From Candidatus Auribacter fodinae (GTDB lineage Bacteria; Auribacterota; Auribacteria; Auribacterales; Auribacteraceae), in assembly GCA_003599815.1 (NCBI GenBank), contig QZJZ01000105.1, forward strand, positions 7,174 through 71,173: a stretch of DNA of 64,000 nucleotides, written 5' to 3'. The position numbers and the translations under genes are program-made. The number at the start of each line of letters is the position of its first letter. Position 1 is the first letter of the stretch. The notes beneath the pieces are model-generated. The model saw only the letters and a list, made by a program, of their open reading frames with translations. It made no database searches and was not told the origin of the DNA. Below, piece by piece: positions 39,256 to 49,472 of the stretch.

Positions 39256-39301
39256 AAACCATACATAACAACAACATTCAACTAAATTACAGGTTTTAAA
39301 C

Positions 39302-39757
39302 ATGTTAAAACTATCCACCCGATACAGATATGGATTGCGAATACTGGTATCCCTCGCGGATAACGGCGACTGCTATTCCTCCATAAAACACCTCTGCGAT
39401 TCGCAGGAGCTTACTGTAAAATACATAGAATCCATCATTGCCATACTCAACAAAAAAGGTATGGTGATCTCAAAACGGGGCGCGCTGGGCGGTTATAAGT
39501 TATCGAAACCGGCGGACGCAATCACCCTGAAAGAGGTACAGGAAACACTCAACGAATCTGTCTTTTTTCTGGAGTGCATTGAAAAACCGGAAACATGCAC
39601 GGATAGATCAAATTCCTGCCCTTCCCGCCTGTTATGGCTGGCTGTGAAGGCACGAATCGATGAAATCCTTGAGTCCCTGACCATTAAAGATTTATGCGAG
39701 GCAAGCAGGCTTGCGGATATTGAAACCATTATCGCCAGCAGGATACAGTCTCCATAA
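39302..39757 (+). CDS. Rrf2-family (IscR/NsrR-like) transcriptional regulator
   Basis: It has the N-terminal wHTH (YGLRILVSLA) and a three-Cys cluster (C-x6-C-x6-C) for Fe-S ligation. Confidence 0.8.
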   Translation: MLKLSTRYRYGLRILVSLADNGDCYSSIKHLCDSQELTVKYIESIIAILNKKGMVISKRGALGGYKLSKPADAITLKEVQETLNESVFFLECIEKPETCTDRSNSCPSRLLWLAVKARIDEILESLTIKDLCEASRLADIETIIASRIQSP

Positions 39758-39844
39758 GTATATTGCAGACAGCCGCTAATCTTATCACCTTCCAGTGTCG
39801 ATACCATACTAAACAGCCTGTCCTTTTTTGAGGGGTACAATACC

Positions 39845-40258
39845 ATGGTAGATTTTGTCTGCTGGAACGATACATACAGTGTGCATATCAGAGAGATGGA
39901 TACCCATCACAGAACATTCATCGGGCACATCAATACCCTGTACAACGCCATTATGCATAAAGAGACCGATACCGCGCTGGCAAAAATAATGCAGGACCTG
40001 CATGCGTACGCGCAGTATCATTTCAGCGCTGAAGAAGAACTCATGCTTAAACATAACTACCCGGGGCTCAAACAGCAGGTAAAACAGCACATCGCCTTTG
40101 TTGATAAACTTGAAGCCTTTGCCGTAATGCTTTTCAAGGAAAAAGACGAGCGAGCCCGCGAAACCCTGTCCTTCATGAAAGACTGGTTCCTCTATCACAT
40201 CAGAGTTGTCGATAAAAAATATTCAGACTATTTTGCGGAACACAATATAACGATTTAA
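39845..40258 (+). CDS. bacteriohemerythrin
   Basis: The opening W.D.YSVHI.EMD..H, the His-rich four-helix bundle (H...H....E...H....H...D) and a 137-aa length fit bacteriohemerythrin. Confidence 0.8.
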   Translation: MVDFVCWNDTYSVHIREMDTHHRTFIGHINTLYNAIMHKETDTALAKIMQDLHAYAQYHFSAEEELMLKHNYPGLKQQVKQHIAFVDKLEAFAVMLFKEKDERARETLSFMKDWFLYHIRVVDKKYSDYFAEHNITI

Positions 40259-40269
40259 TTGCCTGTCAA

Positions 40270-41016
40270 TTATCGCCTCTTCATCTGCCTGAACAGCCAT
40301 GAGATGCCTAACAGGCTCAACAGCATGGCAGACGGTTCGGGAATAGGGCTTACAGAAAAGGTATCGAACCCCAGAGTACCTGTCAGGTCGCCCTGAGCGT
40401 TGGCAAGCCCGAACCCGATTTGCTGGGGCGCGCTGAGCATGGTCGCGAGATCAATACCTGCACCGCCGTCGACCTCGATCCAGTCATTCACATCCGAACT
40501 GATGAAAAAATAGGATTTCTGCCATTTGCTTAATCCGATGGTAATCGGGTTCTTGAGCATAAACCATGTCCAAACGCCAGTCCCGCCCTGATCGATGTAT
40601 TCACCGATAAAGAAGTGCATGGTCGCGCTCATCAGGTTAAGCGACCCGAACCCATTGGTATACACGCTTCCTATATGATTCGCGAGGCTTCCTGCCGCTC
40701 CGGCAGGTTTGTTTTGCGCATCAACAAGATACGCCGGCCAGTACATGTCTTCCACGCCCGGCTGCCATACTCCGGCTTCAGATAAATCGCAATACACATA
40801 CCCGGCATTAAGGCTTCCCGGGCCGCTGGACTGCCCGCCGGTCATCGAATGATGCATCGGCAAATCATGAAGGTACCACCCGCCGGGCTGAAGCTCGCCG
40901 TCCTCGTCCCAGTAGAGCCAGTAGTTATTGCTGGTATCCCATGTCTCTTTATACTCTGTTGCGCATACGTTCGCGGCACATAAAAGCATACTCAGAAGAA
41001 GAATAGCGTTTTTCAT
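40270..41016 (-). CDS. PEP-CTERM sorting-domain secreted protein
   Basis: It has the signal peptide MKNAILLLSMLLCAANVCA and a C-terminal IPEPSAMLLSLLGISWLFRQMKRR. The start was trimmed from 41187. Confidence 0.6.
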   Translation of the reverse strand: MKNAILLLSMLLCAANVCATEYKETWDTSNNYWLYWDEDGELQPGGWYLHDLPMHHSMTGGQSSGPGSLNAGYVYCDLSEAGVWQPGVEDMYWPAYLVDAQNKPAGAAGSLANHIGSVYTNGFGSLNLMSATMHFFIGEYIDQGGTGVWTWFMLKNPITIGLSKWQKSYFFISSDVNDWIEVDGGAGIDLATMLSAPQQIGFGLANAQGDLTGTLGFDTFSVSPIPEPSAMLLSLLGISWLFRQMKRR

Positions 41017-41217
41017 GATTTCACCTTTCTGTTTCATCAATGGATGCATTGGCGTAAAACCGGACAATAGCTTTATAACTTTTATATTACATATTTTATA
41101 ACAATTATTACAAAATTTTATTTTTCTTTTTTTTAATTGCTGTAAACTGTTTTTAACCTTGTCAACATTAATAATAAATGCATACAAACCGCATCAGCCG
41201 GGATATAAAATAAAAAA

Positions 41218-41354
41218 TTGGGAGTGCAGAAAAAGATTCTAAGTCTAATGGAGGAGCGTTAGCGACGTGGTGATCTCAAAATGAATAGAGATGAGATTGT
41301 CACAGCCCCTCTGGGGCTTCGCAATGAGATTCTCTTGTGCTTTTTCATTGCTCT
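41218..41354 (+). repeat. Novel ~150-bp intergenic repeat, copy 3 (with ~20-nt internal deletion)
   Basis: It aligns to copies 1 and 4. It lies about 225 bp upstream of the ATG at 41579. Confidence 0.6.
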
Positions 41355-41578
41355 CAAATTACATGACAGACCTACCATATGACACATGTTTTCCCTCGCC
41401 TTCTTTACTTATTTTTGCTATAATAACAGTAAGATTGAAATAGATATTTTGTGATACGGAAAACTACGTTGTAAAATCTTTGTTCTTTGAATATAATGAT
41501 CTTGATATAAAGTTAATACAAACGAATATTAATCCATTTTTTACAAAAAAAACGCATTTATCACTGGAGGATAATGCA

Positions 41579-43786
41579 ATGAAAACACTACACCATCGTA
41601 AATCCGGGTTAGGAACGTTAGTCACATGCTTTTTTGTTATCCTGTTTATCTGTCAGATCGGGCATGCCCAATCCATCACCCGCCTGATAACGGACAGTGG
41701 AACAAACACGCCCTCTGTAACGCTTACCGTTACTCCTGACAGCGGTACAACATCATATTACGTAGTTGAATTTCTGGTAGCGGAATTAACCCCGACTTTT
41801 GTTACAGACGGCGGTATAGTCAGTTATGGATCAGGGACAATCCAGTGGGGGCCTTTTGAAGATAACCTGCCCCGTACATTCTCATACAGGCTGATGGGAA
41901 GCACAACGGCTTTTGAACTGGCAGGTTTCGCAAAATTCTCCAGCGACCCGCCGGAAGTATCACCAAAGAGCTACTATAAAGTATATACTGACGGCGATAA
42001 GGTCGGTACAAATATCGCGCCGATAACCCATTCCATCTCTGTGCTGGAACCGGGCGTGGTGTATACCGTGACAACCCGTCATTTTACCGTATATAGCGGA
42101 CAACCTGTCAGCCATCCGACTTTTTATCCTGAACTTCACCTGCTTAACGGTCAGAGAAACAACATTTTAGCCATACGCGCATATCACGGGCCTGAAGGCA
42201 CTGGGTTTGCCACAATGAAAAAAACAGCTCCGTATACAACGCCGATTGAATGGAACATTCCAGAGCTGGAAGTCATTTCCGTTACCGGCACACCGATAAG
42301 CAATCCTGAAGGCATAGAGCTGACATGGACATTCCGCTTATCAGCAACCACACTGTGGGATGTATATGAAGAAAGCATCTGCCTTGGAACATTTACCATA
42401 ACCGATGCCGGCGACTACGGCGCGTACTGTGACCTTTCCAACCTGACATACACAGGCGGCATTCCAAAGGTGTTCAAAGGACGCCGGGGCATATATGTCT
42501 GGAAAGAAGGGTACTATATCGCCACGAATCCGCAGAACCAGAGAGATTTTTTCAGTTTTTGCGCCGCGCCGAAAGGCAAGGCAAATAATAAGATTGAGTC
42601 CATTATTATAGCGTTCCCTCAGGATATTAACGGAGCTGAAGCGCCGCTTTTCCGCTCATTTATCGCTGAAGCGCACAGCAGGGGCATGGAAGTCAACTTT
42701 GTGACCGGCGAGCCGGAATGGTCGTTCCTCGATAACCGCCAGATCGGGACTGATGAAATCAACAAGATATTCACCTTCAACCAGTCAGCAGTCTTTGAGG
42801 AACAATTCGACTCGATTCAGTTCGACGTGGAACCGCACGCTATCGACACCGACAACGAACCGGGTATGGAACCATGGGTATGGGAACAATTCATCCCGAA
42901 CATGGCATATTTCAAATCAGTTGTTGATCAGAACAATATAGCAACAGGCCTGAACATACCGTTCGTCGCGGCAATCGGCAACTTCTGGCACGAGGATTAC
43001 GTACCCACTGATGCGTACCCGGGTCCCGGATACGAACAGATACTCAATATCATAGACAAAGCCGCGATCATGAATTACGTAACACACAGCGGAGCGGTTT
43101 ATACCTGCCGCGAAGAGCTTGAATATTCAAGGCTTCTCAATAAACCAATTGATATTGTGTACGAAACGTTCAATACGTCGCCCACGGAATCATTCTGGTT
43201 TAACGGGAACAACGCTCTGGAAAGGACTGTCAATTCAATAGACTACGCCTATGTCGACCCGTTTTCGACTGATTATTACGAGAATTTCGGGTTTAATGTC
43301 ATTCATTATTACGAAGCGGCGGACGAAATATGGCCCCACAACGGAGTCATTAAACGGTCATACCGCCAGTTGCGCCCTGACATTTTCTCGGATCAGGAAC
43401 CGCTTGACCCGGTATATAACACAGCTCCGGTTTGTTATGTGTTGTCGCCTAATGGCGGTGAGGAAACCAGCGGACGGCGACTGACCATAACCTATTCAGT
43501 GTATGATGATAATTCCGCTGTTCCTATTTCAGTGAAATTCTATCTCCGGAATACAGCATCAGGAAGCGAGTATTATCTTGGGACACAGAGTGTGCAGGTA
43601 AGCGCTTCCACCCACATGTATTCAGGCAGTTTCAACGCTACGGTCAACGCGTATCCGGTCGGCACGGACTACAGGATCAGGATTACGGTGGACGAGCAGT
43701 CCGGTAGTCCGGCTCTAAGCAGTTTCGACTCTTCAAATTATGATTTCGCCCGTGTAGCCAGCGGCGGCGGCGGGAAAAAGAAGTAA
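41579..43786 (+). CDS. secreted hypothetical protein (735 aa), possible glycoside-hydrolase-like TIM-barrel core
   Basis: It has the signal peptide MKTLHHRKSGLGTLVTCFFVILFICQIGHAQS after GGAGGA, a C-terminal Ig/fibronectin-like region and a GGGGKKK tail. The start was trimmed from 41480. Confidence 0.45.
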   Translation: MKTLHHRKSGLGTLVTCFFVILFICQIGHAQSITRLITDSGTNTPSVTLTVTPDSGTTSYYVVEFLVAELTPTFVTDGGIVSYGSGTIQWGPFEDNLPRTFSYRLMGSTTAFELAGFAKFSSDPPEVSPKSYYKVYTDGDKVGTNIAPITHSISVLEPGVVYTVTTRHFTVYSGQPVSHPTFYPELHLLNGQRNNILAIRAYHGPEGTGFATMKKTAPYTTPIEWNIPELEVISVTGTPISNPEGIELTWTFRLSATTLWDVYEESICLGTFTITDAGDYGAYCDLSNLTYTGGIPKVFKGRRGIYVWKEGYYIATNPQNQRDFFSFCAAPKGKANNKIESIIIAFPQDINGAEAPLFRSFIAEAHSRGMEVNFVTGEPEWSFLDNRQIGTDEINKIFTFNQSAVFEEQFDSIQFDVEPHAIDTDNEPGMEPWVWEQFIPNMAYFKSVVDQNNIATGLNIPFVAAIGNFWHEDYVPTDAYPGPGYEQILNIIDKAAIMNYVTHSGAVYTCREELEYSRLLNKPIDIVYETFNTSPTESFWFNGNNALERTVNSIDYAYVDPFSTDYYENFGFNVIHYYEAADEIWPHNGVIKRSYRQLRPDIFSDQEPLDPVYNTAPVCYVLSPNGGEETSGRRLTITYSVYDDNSAVPISVKFYLRNTASGSEYYLGTQSVQVSASTHMYSGSFNATVNAYPVGTDYRIRITVDEQSGSPALSSFDSSNYDFARVASGGGGKKK

Positions 43787-43860
43787 TAATAGATTTACCC
43801 TGTTTAAATAATTGACTAAGAGCAAGGCGCTGAAGGATAGACCACTAATTCAGTGCCTTG

Positions 43861-44706
43861 CTATAATGTTCTAAAAAAGTCATCATCAACAGAAATATCT
43901 TCAATAGTTTTTTGCTTAATTACTAAACCTAAACGCAACTCTCTTAATTTTTCAGCAAGAGCTTGTCCATCAACTAGATCAACTGGTGGAGCACCATCTC
44001 TTTTGGCTTCTTTTTTTGCATCTGGACTAAACGTGCCTGTTGTTAGAATTAATCCTTTTTCCGCTCTGCCAATCATTGCACCCCGAAAATCTCTAACGAC
44101 AGAAGCAGAAACACTACCCTGATAACGTTTACACTGGAAAATAATTGGAAACGATAATAAACCGCCAATGCGAATAATTCCTTTACCGTCAATTCCTCCA
44201 TCGCCTGATTTTCCAGTGACTTCTACTTGTGTAAAACCAGCTTCACGTAACAATCGTTGGCATAACCGTTCAAAAGCATCTGGGGAAACTGCCTTAATCT
44301 TCTCTAATAAAACATTCTGCCAAGCAATTTCCTCAGGTTCCTTATCATTGTTTAATGCACCATCAACACTATCTTCTGATTTTGAGCCGAGTTTCTTCAC
44401 AAATCTATCAACTTTTGCCTTGCTAACATTTTCGGTTTTTCTGCCTTCCGGAGTTAACGCCCATATTCCACGAACTGAATTATTTAGTAACCCATATCTC
44501 TTTAAATAATGGCGTGCCCATGCCAACCTATTACTAAAAACTGTACAATTTCTATACTGAATTTTAGTAATATCTTCATCTGATAACCCAAGTATTTTCG
44601 CAACTTCCTCCTCCTGTTCTGAAATGGAAGCTGAACTCCCTAAATTATGCATAGCTTTCAACAACGGATTAAACAAATCATTATATTTTGGGATAGTCAT
44701 AACCAT
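43861..44706 (-). CDS. mrr: Mrr-type restriction endonuclease (type IV, modification-dependent)
   Basis: An Mrr_N winged helix is followed by an Mrr_cat PD-(D/E)xK core (GKSGDGGIDG...FQCKRY). The gene is AT-rich. Confidence 0.75.
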   Translation of the reverse strand: MVMTIPKYNDLFNPLLKAMHNLGSSASISEQEEEVAKILGLSDEDITKIQYRNCTVFSNRLAWARHYLKRYGLLNNSVRGIWALTPEGRKTENVSKAKVDRFVKKLGSKSEDSVDGALNNDKEPEEIAWQNVLLEKIKAVSPDAFERLCQRLLREAGFTQVEVTGKSGDGGIDGKGIIRIGGLLSFPIIFQCKRYQGSVSASVVRDFRGAMIGRAEKGLILTTGTFSPDAKKEAKRDGAPPVDLVDGQALAEKLRELRLGLVIKQKTIEDISVDDDFFRTL

Positions 44707-44724
44707 TTTCCTTAAAAACTTCTC

Positions 44725-45402
44725 TTACCGTACAGCCAGCATATCCTCAAAAAAGGAGAGAGGAACAGCTTTTATGGAATTTTCCGGCGCGCCGAGGATT
44801 CGTACTATCGCTGACTCGTACGATGCTGTTTTCGCTTTAAGTATCATGATATGATCGGGATGAGCGTCCATTTCGAGCAGGTATCGGGCAAAAATATCGT
44901 TTAACGCTGTTCCCAGAAACACAATCAGTTCAGCTGTATCATCGGGATTAACGGCATTAAACATTCCCTCAGCAATACCCTGCCTGATAATGCTCGCGAC
45001 TTCAGGTACCGCAAGCGCGATATTGCGTTGTGCCAGTTTATGGCGGATAATCAGGTTCTTGTCGTCATACAGTACCCTGAGCGTATCCTGCATCATATGC
45101 CTGTTTTCCAGTTTCCAGTCACGGGCAATCTTAAATACCCTGTTCAGTTTGCACAACGCGTTAAGCGAGCTGTTCGCTACAATATCACGCACTTTTTCTA
45201 TTCCCTGCAGAGCGATATCATCAATGAGAGTGTCGAGGATTTCTTCTTTGGAGGTGAAGTAATAATAAAAGGAGCCTTTCGCCACACCGACTTTCTGTAT
45301 GATGTCGGACACCGATGTTTTCTCGTAGCCCTGCACGAAAAACAGCTCACGAGCGGCATTCAGCAAATCGGATTTGCGGTGTTCGTATTCCGGTGACGCC
45401 AT
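44725..45402 (-). CDS. TetR/AcrR-family transcriptional regulator
   Basis: The TetR_N HTH is present (TSVSDIIQKVGVAKGSFYYYF). The start ATG follows AGGGGG. The upstream GTG at 45420 is an alternative. Confidence 0.75.
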   Translation of the reverse strand: MASPEYEHRKSDLLNAARELFFVQGYEKTSVSDIIQKVGVAKGSFYYYFTSKEEILDTLIDDIALQGIEKVRDIVANSSLNALCKLNRVFKIARDWKLENRHMMQDTLRVLYDDKNLIIRHKLAQRNIALAVPEVASIIRQGIAEGMFNAVNPDDTAELIVFLGTALNDIFARYLLEMDAHPDHIMILKAKTASYESAIVRILGAPENSIKAVPLSFFEDMLAVR

Positions 45403-45553
45403 AACATACCCCCTGTTCACCTGACTGGTGGTCGGATATTTTATTAAACACTGCTATCTCTTTACTGTCAAGGATATTTATTACGCAGTCAGATTAGGCT
45501 TGCGTTTTTTTTGTTCTTCCATTTTAATGCTCTATAACAAAAAAGGAGCCATT

Positions 45554-47692
45554 ATGAATATTACCCGCCTGATAGCGGAAGACTGTTCCATCGCGGAAAA
45601 ATCCGTACAAAACACAATCCGTCTCTTCGACGACGGCGCGACAGTACCGTTTATCGCCCGCTACCGTAAGGAAGTTACCGGAAACCTCGATGAAACCCAG
45701 ATCCGCGATATCAAAGAACGGCACACCTATTACACGGAGCTGAACGAACGAAAAGAAACCATTATCGCTTCAATTAAAGAGCAGGACGCCCTCACCGAAA
45801 ATCTCCTGCGTAAAATTGAATCCACTACATCCAAAACCGAACTTGAAGACATATACCTTCCCTACAAGCCAAAACGCAAAACACGCGCGGTTATCGCCCG
45901 GGAAAAGGGGCTGGAACCGCTGGCAAAACGCATGATGGCGCAACAGGATGTGTCCGGTTCGGCTGACACCCTAGCGGCTTCGTTTATTACCAATGACGTT
46001 CCTGATACCGAAGCGGCTCTGAACGGCGCGCGCGATATTATAGCCGAATGGGTCAACGAGGACAGCGCGGTACGCCAGCGACTGCGCCAAATCTTTTTTC
46101 AGAACGGATCGATCTGCTCGGCAGTCAAAAAAGACAAAAAAGGCGAGCCGTCCAAATTCGAGCAGTACTATGATTTTCAGGAAGCGGTGAAATCAATACC
46201 ATCGCACCGTGCGCTTGCCCTGTTCAGGGGCGAAAACGAAGATTTTCTATCGCTATCCATTGAGGTTCCGCGCGATACGATCATCACTGAACTGAACAAC
46301 CGTTTTATAAAAAACAAGCGATGCATTTTTGCCGCTCATATAGAAAACGCCGTCAGCGATGCGTTTCAACGCCTCCTTCACCCGTCTATTTCCACGGATA
46401 TTCGGCAGGAACTGAAGGAAAAAGCTGACCTCACCGCGATAGATACATTCGCTAAAAACCTCAGAACCATACTGCTCGCACCTCCGCTGGGCGCTCAGCC
46501 CGTCATCGCGCTTGACCCCGGGTTCAGAACCGGAATCAAGACTGCTGTGCTTGACGCCACAGGAAGACTGCTGGAGCACACGGCTATATATCCGCTGGCG
46601 CCTCATTCTAAAACAGATGAAGCGCACGATATTATACAATCCCTTATTAAGCGTTACGCCATAAAATACATAGCGGTTGGAAACGGGACTGCAGGCAGGG
46701 AAACCGAAGCGTTTATCAGAGATCACAGCAAACTCTTTCGCAACGATATACAATGCGTGATGGTGAACGAGTCGGGAGCGTCAATCTATTCCGTGTCAGA
46801 CAAAGCCCGTGAGGAGTTTCCCGACCTTGACGCAACCGTTCGCGGAGCTGTATCCATCGGCAGGCGGTTACAGGATCCTCTGGCTGAACTGGTAAAAATA
46901 GAGCCCCGTTCGCTGGGTGTGGGGCAGTACCAGCACGACGTGAACCAGAACTTACTGCGCAGTAAACTTGATGATGAAGTCGAGCATTGCGTCAACCTTG
47001 TCGGCGTTGACCTGAACACCGCATCGGCAGACTTACTGTCATATACTGCAGGCATCGGCCCGAAACTGGCGCAGGAAATTGTAAAGTACCGTTCTGAAAA
47101 CGGGCAGTTTTCGTCACGCAAAGAACTTATGTCCGTACCGCGGCTTGGCGCAAAAGCGTTTGAGCAATGCGCGGGCTTCCTGCGTATCAGAAACGGTAAA
47201 AACCCGCTCGACGCATCAGCGATTCACCCTGAATCGTACCCCATAGTGGAACGCATCCTGCGCGATTTGAAAGCGTCTATTACCGACATTATGGGAAACG
47301 AACGCCTGATCTCATCTATCCGCAAAGAACAGTATGTTTCCGAGACCACCGGCGTTCATACCCTGAACGATATCATCGCTGAACTGCTAAAACCGGGGAG
47401 AGACCCGCGCAAATCGTTTGAGGCCGTCGCGTTTCGCGAGGATATACGGGAAATAACGGATCTCCAGCCGGGTATGGTGTTACCCGGCATTGTGACGAAT
47501 GTCACTAATTTCGGCGCTTTTGTGGACATCGGCGTGCATCAGGACGGGCTGGTTCATATCTCGGAGCTGGCAAACTCATATATTTCTGACCCGCACGATA
47601 TTGTCTCTACGGGCGATCCGGTGACGGTCAAGGTAGTGTCCGTTGACACGGTACGCAAACGTGTTTCATTATCCATGAAACAAGCCACGTAA
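45554..47692 (+). CDS. tex: Tex transcription accessory protein (YqgF/HhH/S1 domains)
   Basis: It has the Tex_N region (FIARYRKE), a YqgF-like core, HhH motifs and a C-terminal S1 domain. The start is the ATG after AAAGGAG. The ORF track extends 42 codons upstream from a GTG. Confidence 0.85.
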   Translation: MNITRLIAEDCSIAEKSVQNTIRLFDDGATVPFIARYRKEVTGNLDETQIRDIKERHTYYTELNERKETIIASIKEQDALTENLLRKIESTTSKTELEDIYLPYKPKRKTRAVIAREKGLEPLAKRMMAQQDVSGSADTLAASFITNDVPDTEAALNGARDIIAEWVNEDSAVRQRLRQIFFQNGSICSAVKKDKKGEPSKFEQYYDFQEAVKSIPSHRALALFRGENEDFLSLSIEVPRDTIITELNNRFIKNKRCIFAAHIENAVSDAFQRLLHPSISTDIRQELKEKADLTAIDTFAKNLRTILLAPPLGAQPVIALDPGFRTGIKTAVLDATGRLLEHTAIYPLAPHSKTDEAHDIIQSLIKRYAIKYIAVGNGTAGRETEAFIRDHSKLFRNDIQCVMVNESGASIYSVSDKAREEFPDLDATVRGAVSIGRRLQDPLAELVKIEPRSLGVGQYQHDVNQNLLRSKLDDEVEHCVNLVGVDLNTASADLLSYTAGIGPKLAQEIVKYRSENGQFSSRKELMSVPRLGAKAFEQCAGFLRIRNGKNPLDASAIHPESYPIVERILRDLKASITDIMGNERLISSIRKEQYVSETTGVHTLNDIIAELLKPGRDPRKSFEAVAFREDIREITDLQPGMVLPGIVTNVTNFGAFVDIGVHQDGLVHISELANSYISDPHDIVSTGDPVTVKVVSVDTVRKRVSLSMKQAT

Positions 47693-47695
47693 TTT

Positions 47696-49363
47696 CTATT
47701 CCTTAAATTCCCTGACCCGTTCAGCCAGTTCCTCTCCGGTTACTGTTACGTTCCCGATCTGACTGCCTGACGAATCAAGAAAAATAAATGCAGGCGGTCC
47801 AATGATGTTAAATTTTTTCACCAGTTCGGGGTTGCTGTCAAAATCAACTTCAACAAAGGTAAATTTTTTGATATCTCGTTGAAACTCTTCTGTCTCGATA
47901 ACGGTTTCCTCTATCTCTTTACAAATCGTGCACCACGGCGCTTTGAAGTCAAGCAGAACAGGTTTATCTGAAGACGCAACAACCTCATTCAAGTCAACAA
48001 CAGCCGCATCCTCTGCCAGTTCATGCCCTGATTCTATCAACGAATCAACGGTATAATACACGGTACCGCTGAGAATAAGCAGGGCGATAACTATTCCGGC
48101 AAACCCTTTTCTGCTCTCAACCGCGCTTTTCATGGACAACAGCCCTGCGGCATTCAGTCCTGCCGCCAGAGAAACGATTGAAGCAGTGATAAATATGGTC
48201 TCACCGATAAACGGGCGGGTAAAATAAAACGCCGCCCAGATAAGAATAACTCCCAGAGTATATTTCACGCGTTCCATCCATCCGCCTGCTTTCGGCAACG
48301 CCCCTGCGGCGCTTCCCGCCACAAAAAGCAGTACGCCCATGCCCCACGCCAACGCAAAAAAGTAGGCGAACCCCCGTATAATATCTCCGGTAGTAGCGAC
48401 AAAGGTTATAAGGCTGATAATAGGCCCTGATACACAGGGACCTACCACAAACGCAGATAACGCTCCCATAAGAAATATCCCTGTGTACGATCCTTTAAAC
48501 CGCGACGACAAACCCTGTATTCTGAGAGATAACGATGATGACGTCTGTAATGAAAAAACGTCAAACATAGACAGCCCCAAAAGAATGAATATGACGCCGA
48601 TCGGAATAAGCACCCACGCCGACCGGAAAAACGACGACGCCGTACTCCCCAGAGACGCCACGATAACACCAGTCAGGGCGTACACGACAGACAAGCCCAG
48701 AACATAGAGGAATGTCAGGAATATACTTTCTGATCTGGATGCTTTCTTCGCCCCGATAATCGCCACCGTTATGCCGACCATCGGATACACGCACGGAGTC
48801 AGGCTCAACAGTAATCCGGCGACAAATGAGCCGAGTATCCCCCACAATAACCCTCTGGAATACGGCGACTCCGGTTCAATATCCCCTACATCGCCTGCAC
48901 TCCTGCCAACCGCACCTTCAGGTATAATTCCCGAAAACGTAAACGCTTCTTTCTGCGGAGGGTAACAGGTGGTATCCGTACAGCCCTGAAACTGAATATA
49001 ACCGCTGAGATTCCAGCTGTCGCCCGGGTTACCATCATAGTCGTACCGGACACGGATCTCTGCCTGCCCGGTAAACACGTCCACTATGGATCCGTCAAAA
49101 TTTTCAAACGGTTTTGTCTCCGGTTTTATAACTTTCTGGCCGGACAGGTTCACAGCGGTATCGGCGTAAACCTTAAAAAAATAATCCTCACTGCTGTACA
49201 CATGGACGCCGTCACTGACATCGAGATCAATACGCAGTTCAAGATATGGTGTATCGCGCTCAACCGACACTTTCGCGACTGCCGCTGTATCAGGCTGGGA
49301 TTGAGCAGATACCAATAACGGCACTGCCAGTAAAAAAACAAGCTGAACTGCATATCGTCGCAT
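47696..49363 (-). CDS. dsbD: thiol:disulfide interchange protein DsbD (cytochrome c biogenesis/disulfide reductase)
   Basis: A signal peptide and periplasmic DsbD-alpha-like domain are followed by a DsbD TM core (CVYPMV...) and a C-terminal thioredoxin domain (WCTIC). Confidence 0.75.
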   Translation of the reverse strand: MRRYAVQLVFLLAVPLLVSAQSQPDTAAVAKVSVERDTPYLELRIDLDVSDGVHVYSSEDYFFKVYADTAVNLSGQKVIKPETKPFENFDGSIVDVFTGQAEIRVRYDYDGNPGDSWNLSGYIQFQGCTDTTCYPPQKEAFTFSGIIPEGAVGRSAGDVGDIEPESPYSRGLLWGILGSFVAGLLLSLTPCVYPMVGITVAIIGAKKASRSESIFLTFLYVLGLSVVYALTGVIVASLGSTASSFFRSAWVLIPIGVIFILLGLSMFDVFSLQTSSSLSLRIQGLSSRFKGSYTGIFLMGALSAFVVGPCVSGPIISLITFVATTGDIIRGFAYFFALAWGMGVLLFVAGSAAGALPKAGGWMERVKYTLGVILIWAAFYFTRPFIGETIFITASIVSLAAGLNAAGLLSMKSAVESRKGFAGIVIALLILSGTVYYTVDSLIESGHELAEDAAVVDLNEVVASSDKPVLLDFKAPWCTICKEIEETVIETEEFQRDIKKFTFVEVDFDSNPELVKKFNIIGPPAFIFLDSSGSQIGNVTVTGEELAERVREFKE

Positions 49364-49472
49364 GGTATTCTCCACTGTTTGCATTAATATTACCACGATC
49401 TCATATCCTGTGTATAAAAAAGGGGAGGATTTGTATGTCCCCCCCATGAAACAATTTTAAAAGAACAAGGTA

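Noticed and set aside
45428-45553. N-terminal extensions proposed by the ORF track for Tex, Yip1 (19650), fasciclin (23128), DsbD (49447), PEP-CTERM (41187), secreted protein (41480) and peroxiredoxin (8339)
   Set aside because: The extensions are hydrophobic or low-complexity, precede clear RBS+ATG or signal-peptide starts, and overlap upstream genes. Internal starts were preferred.
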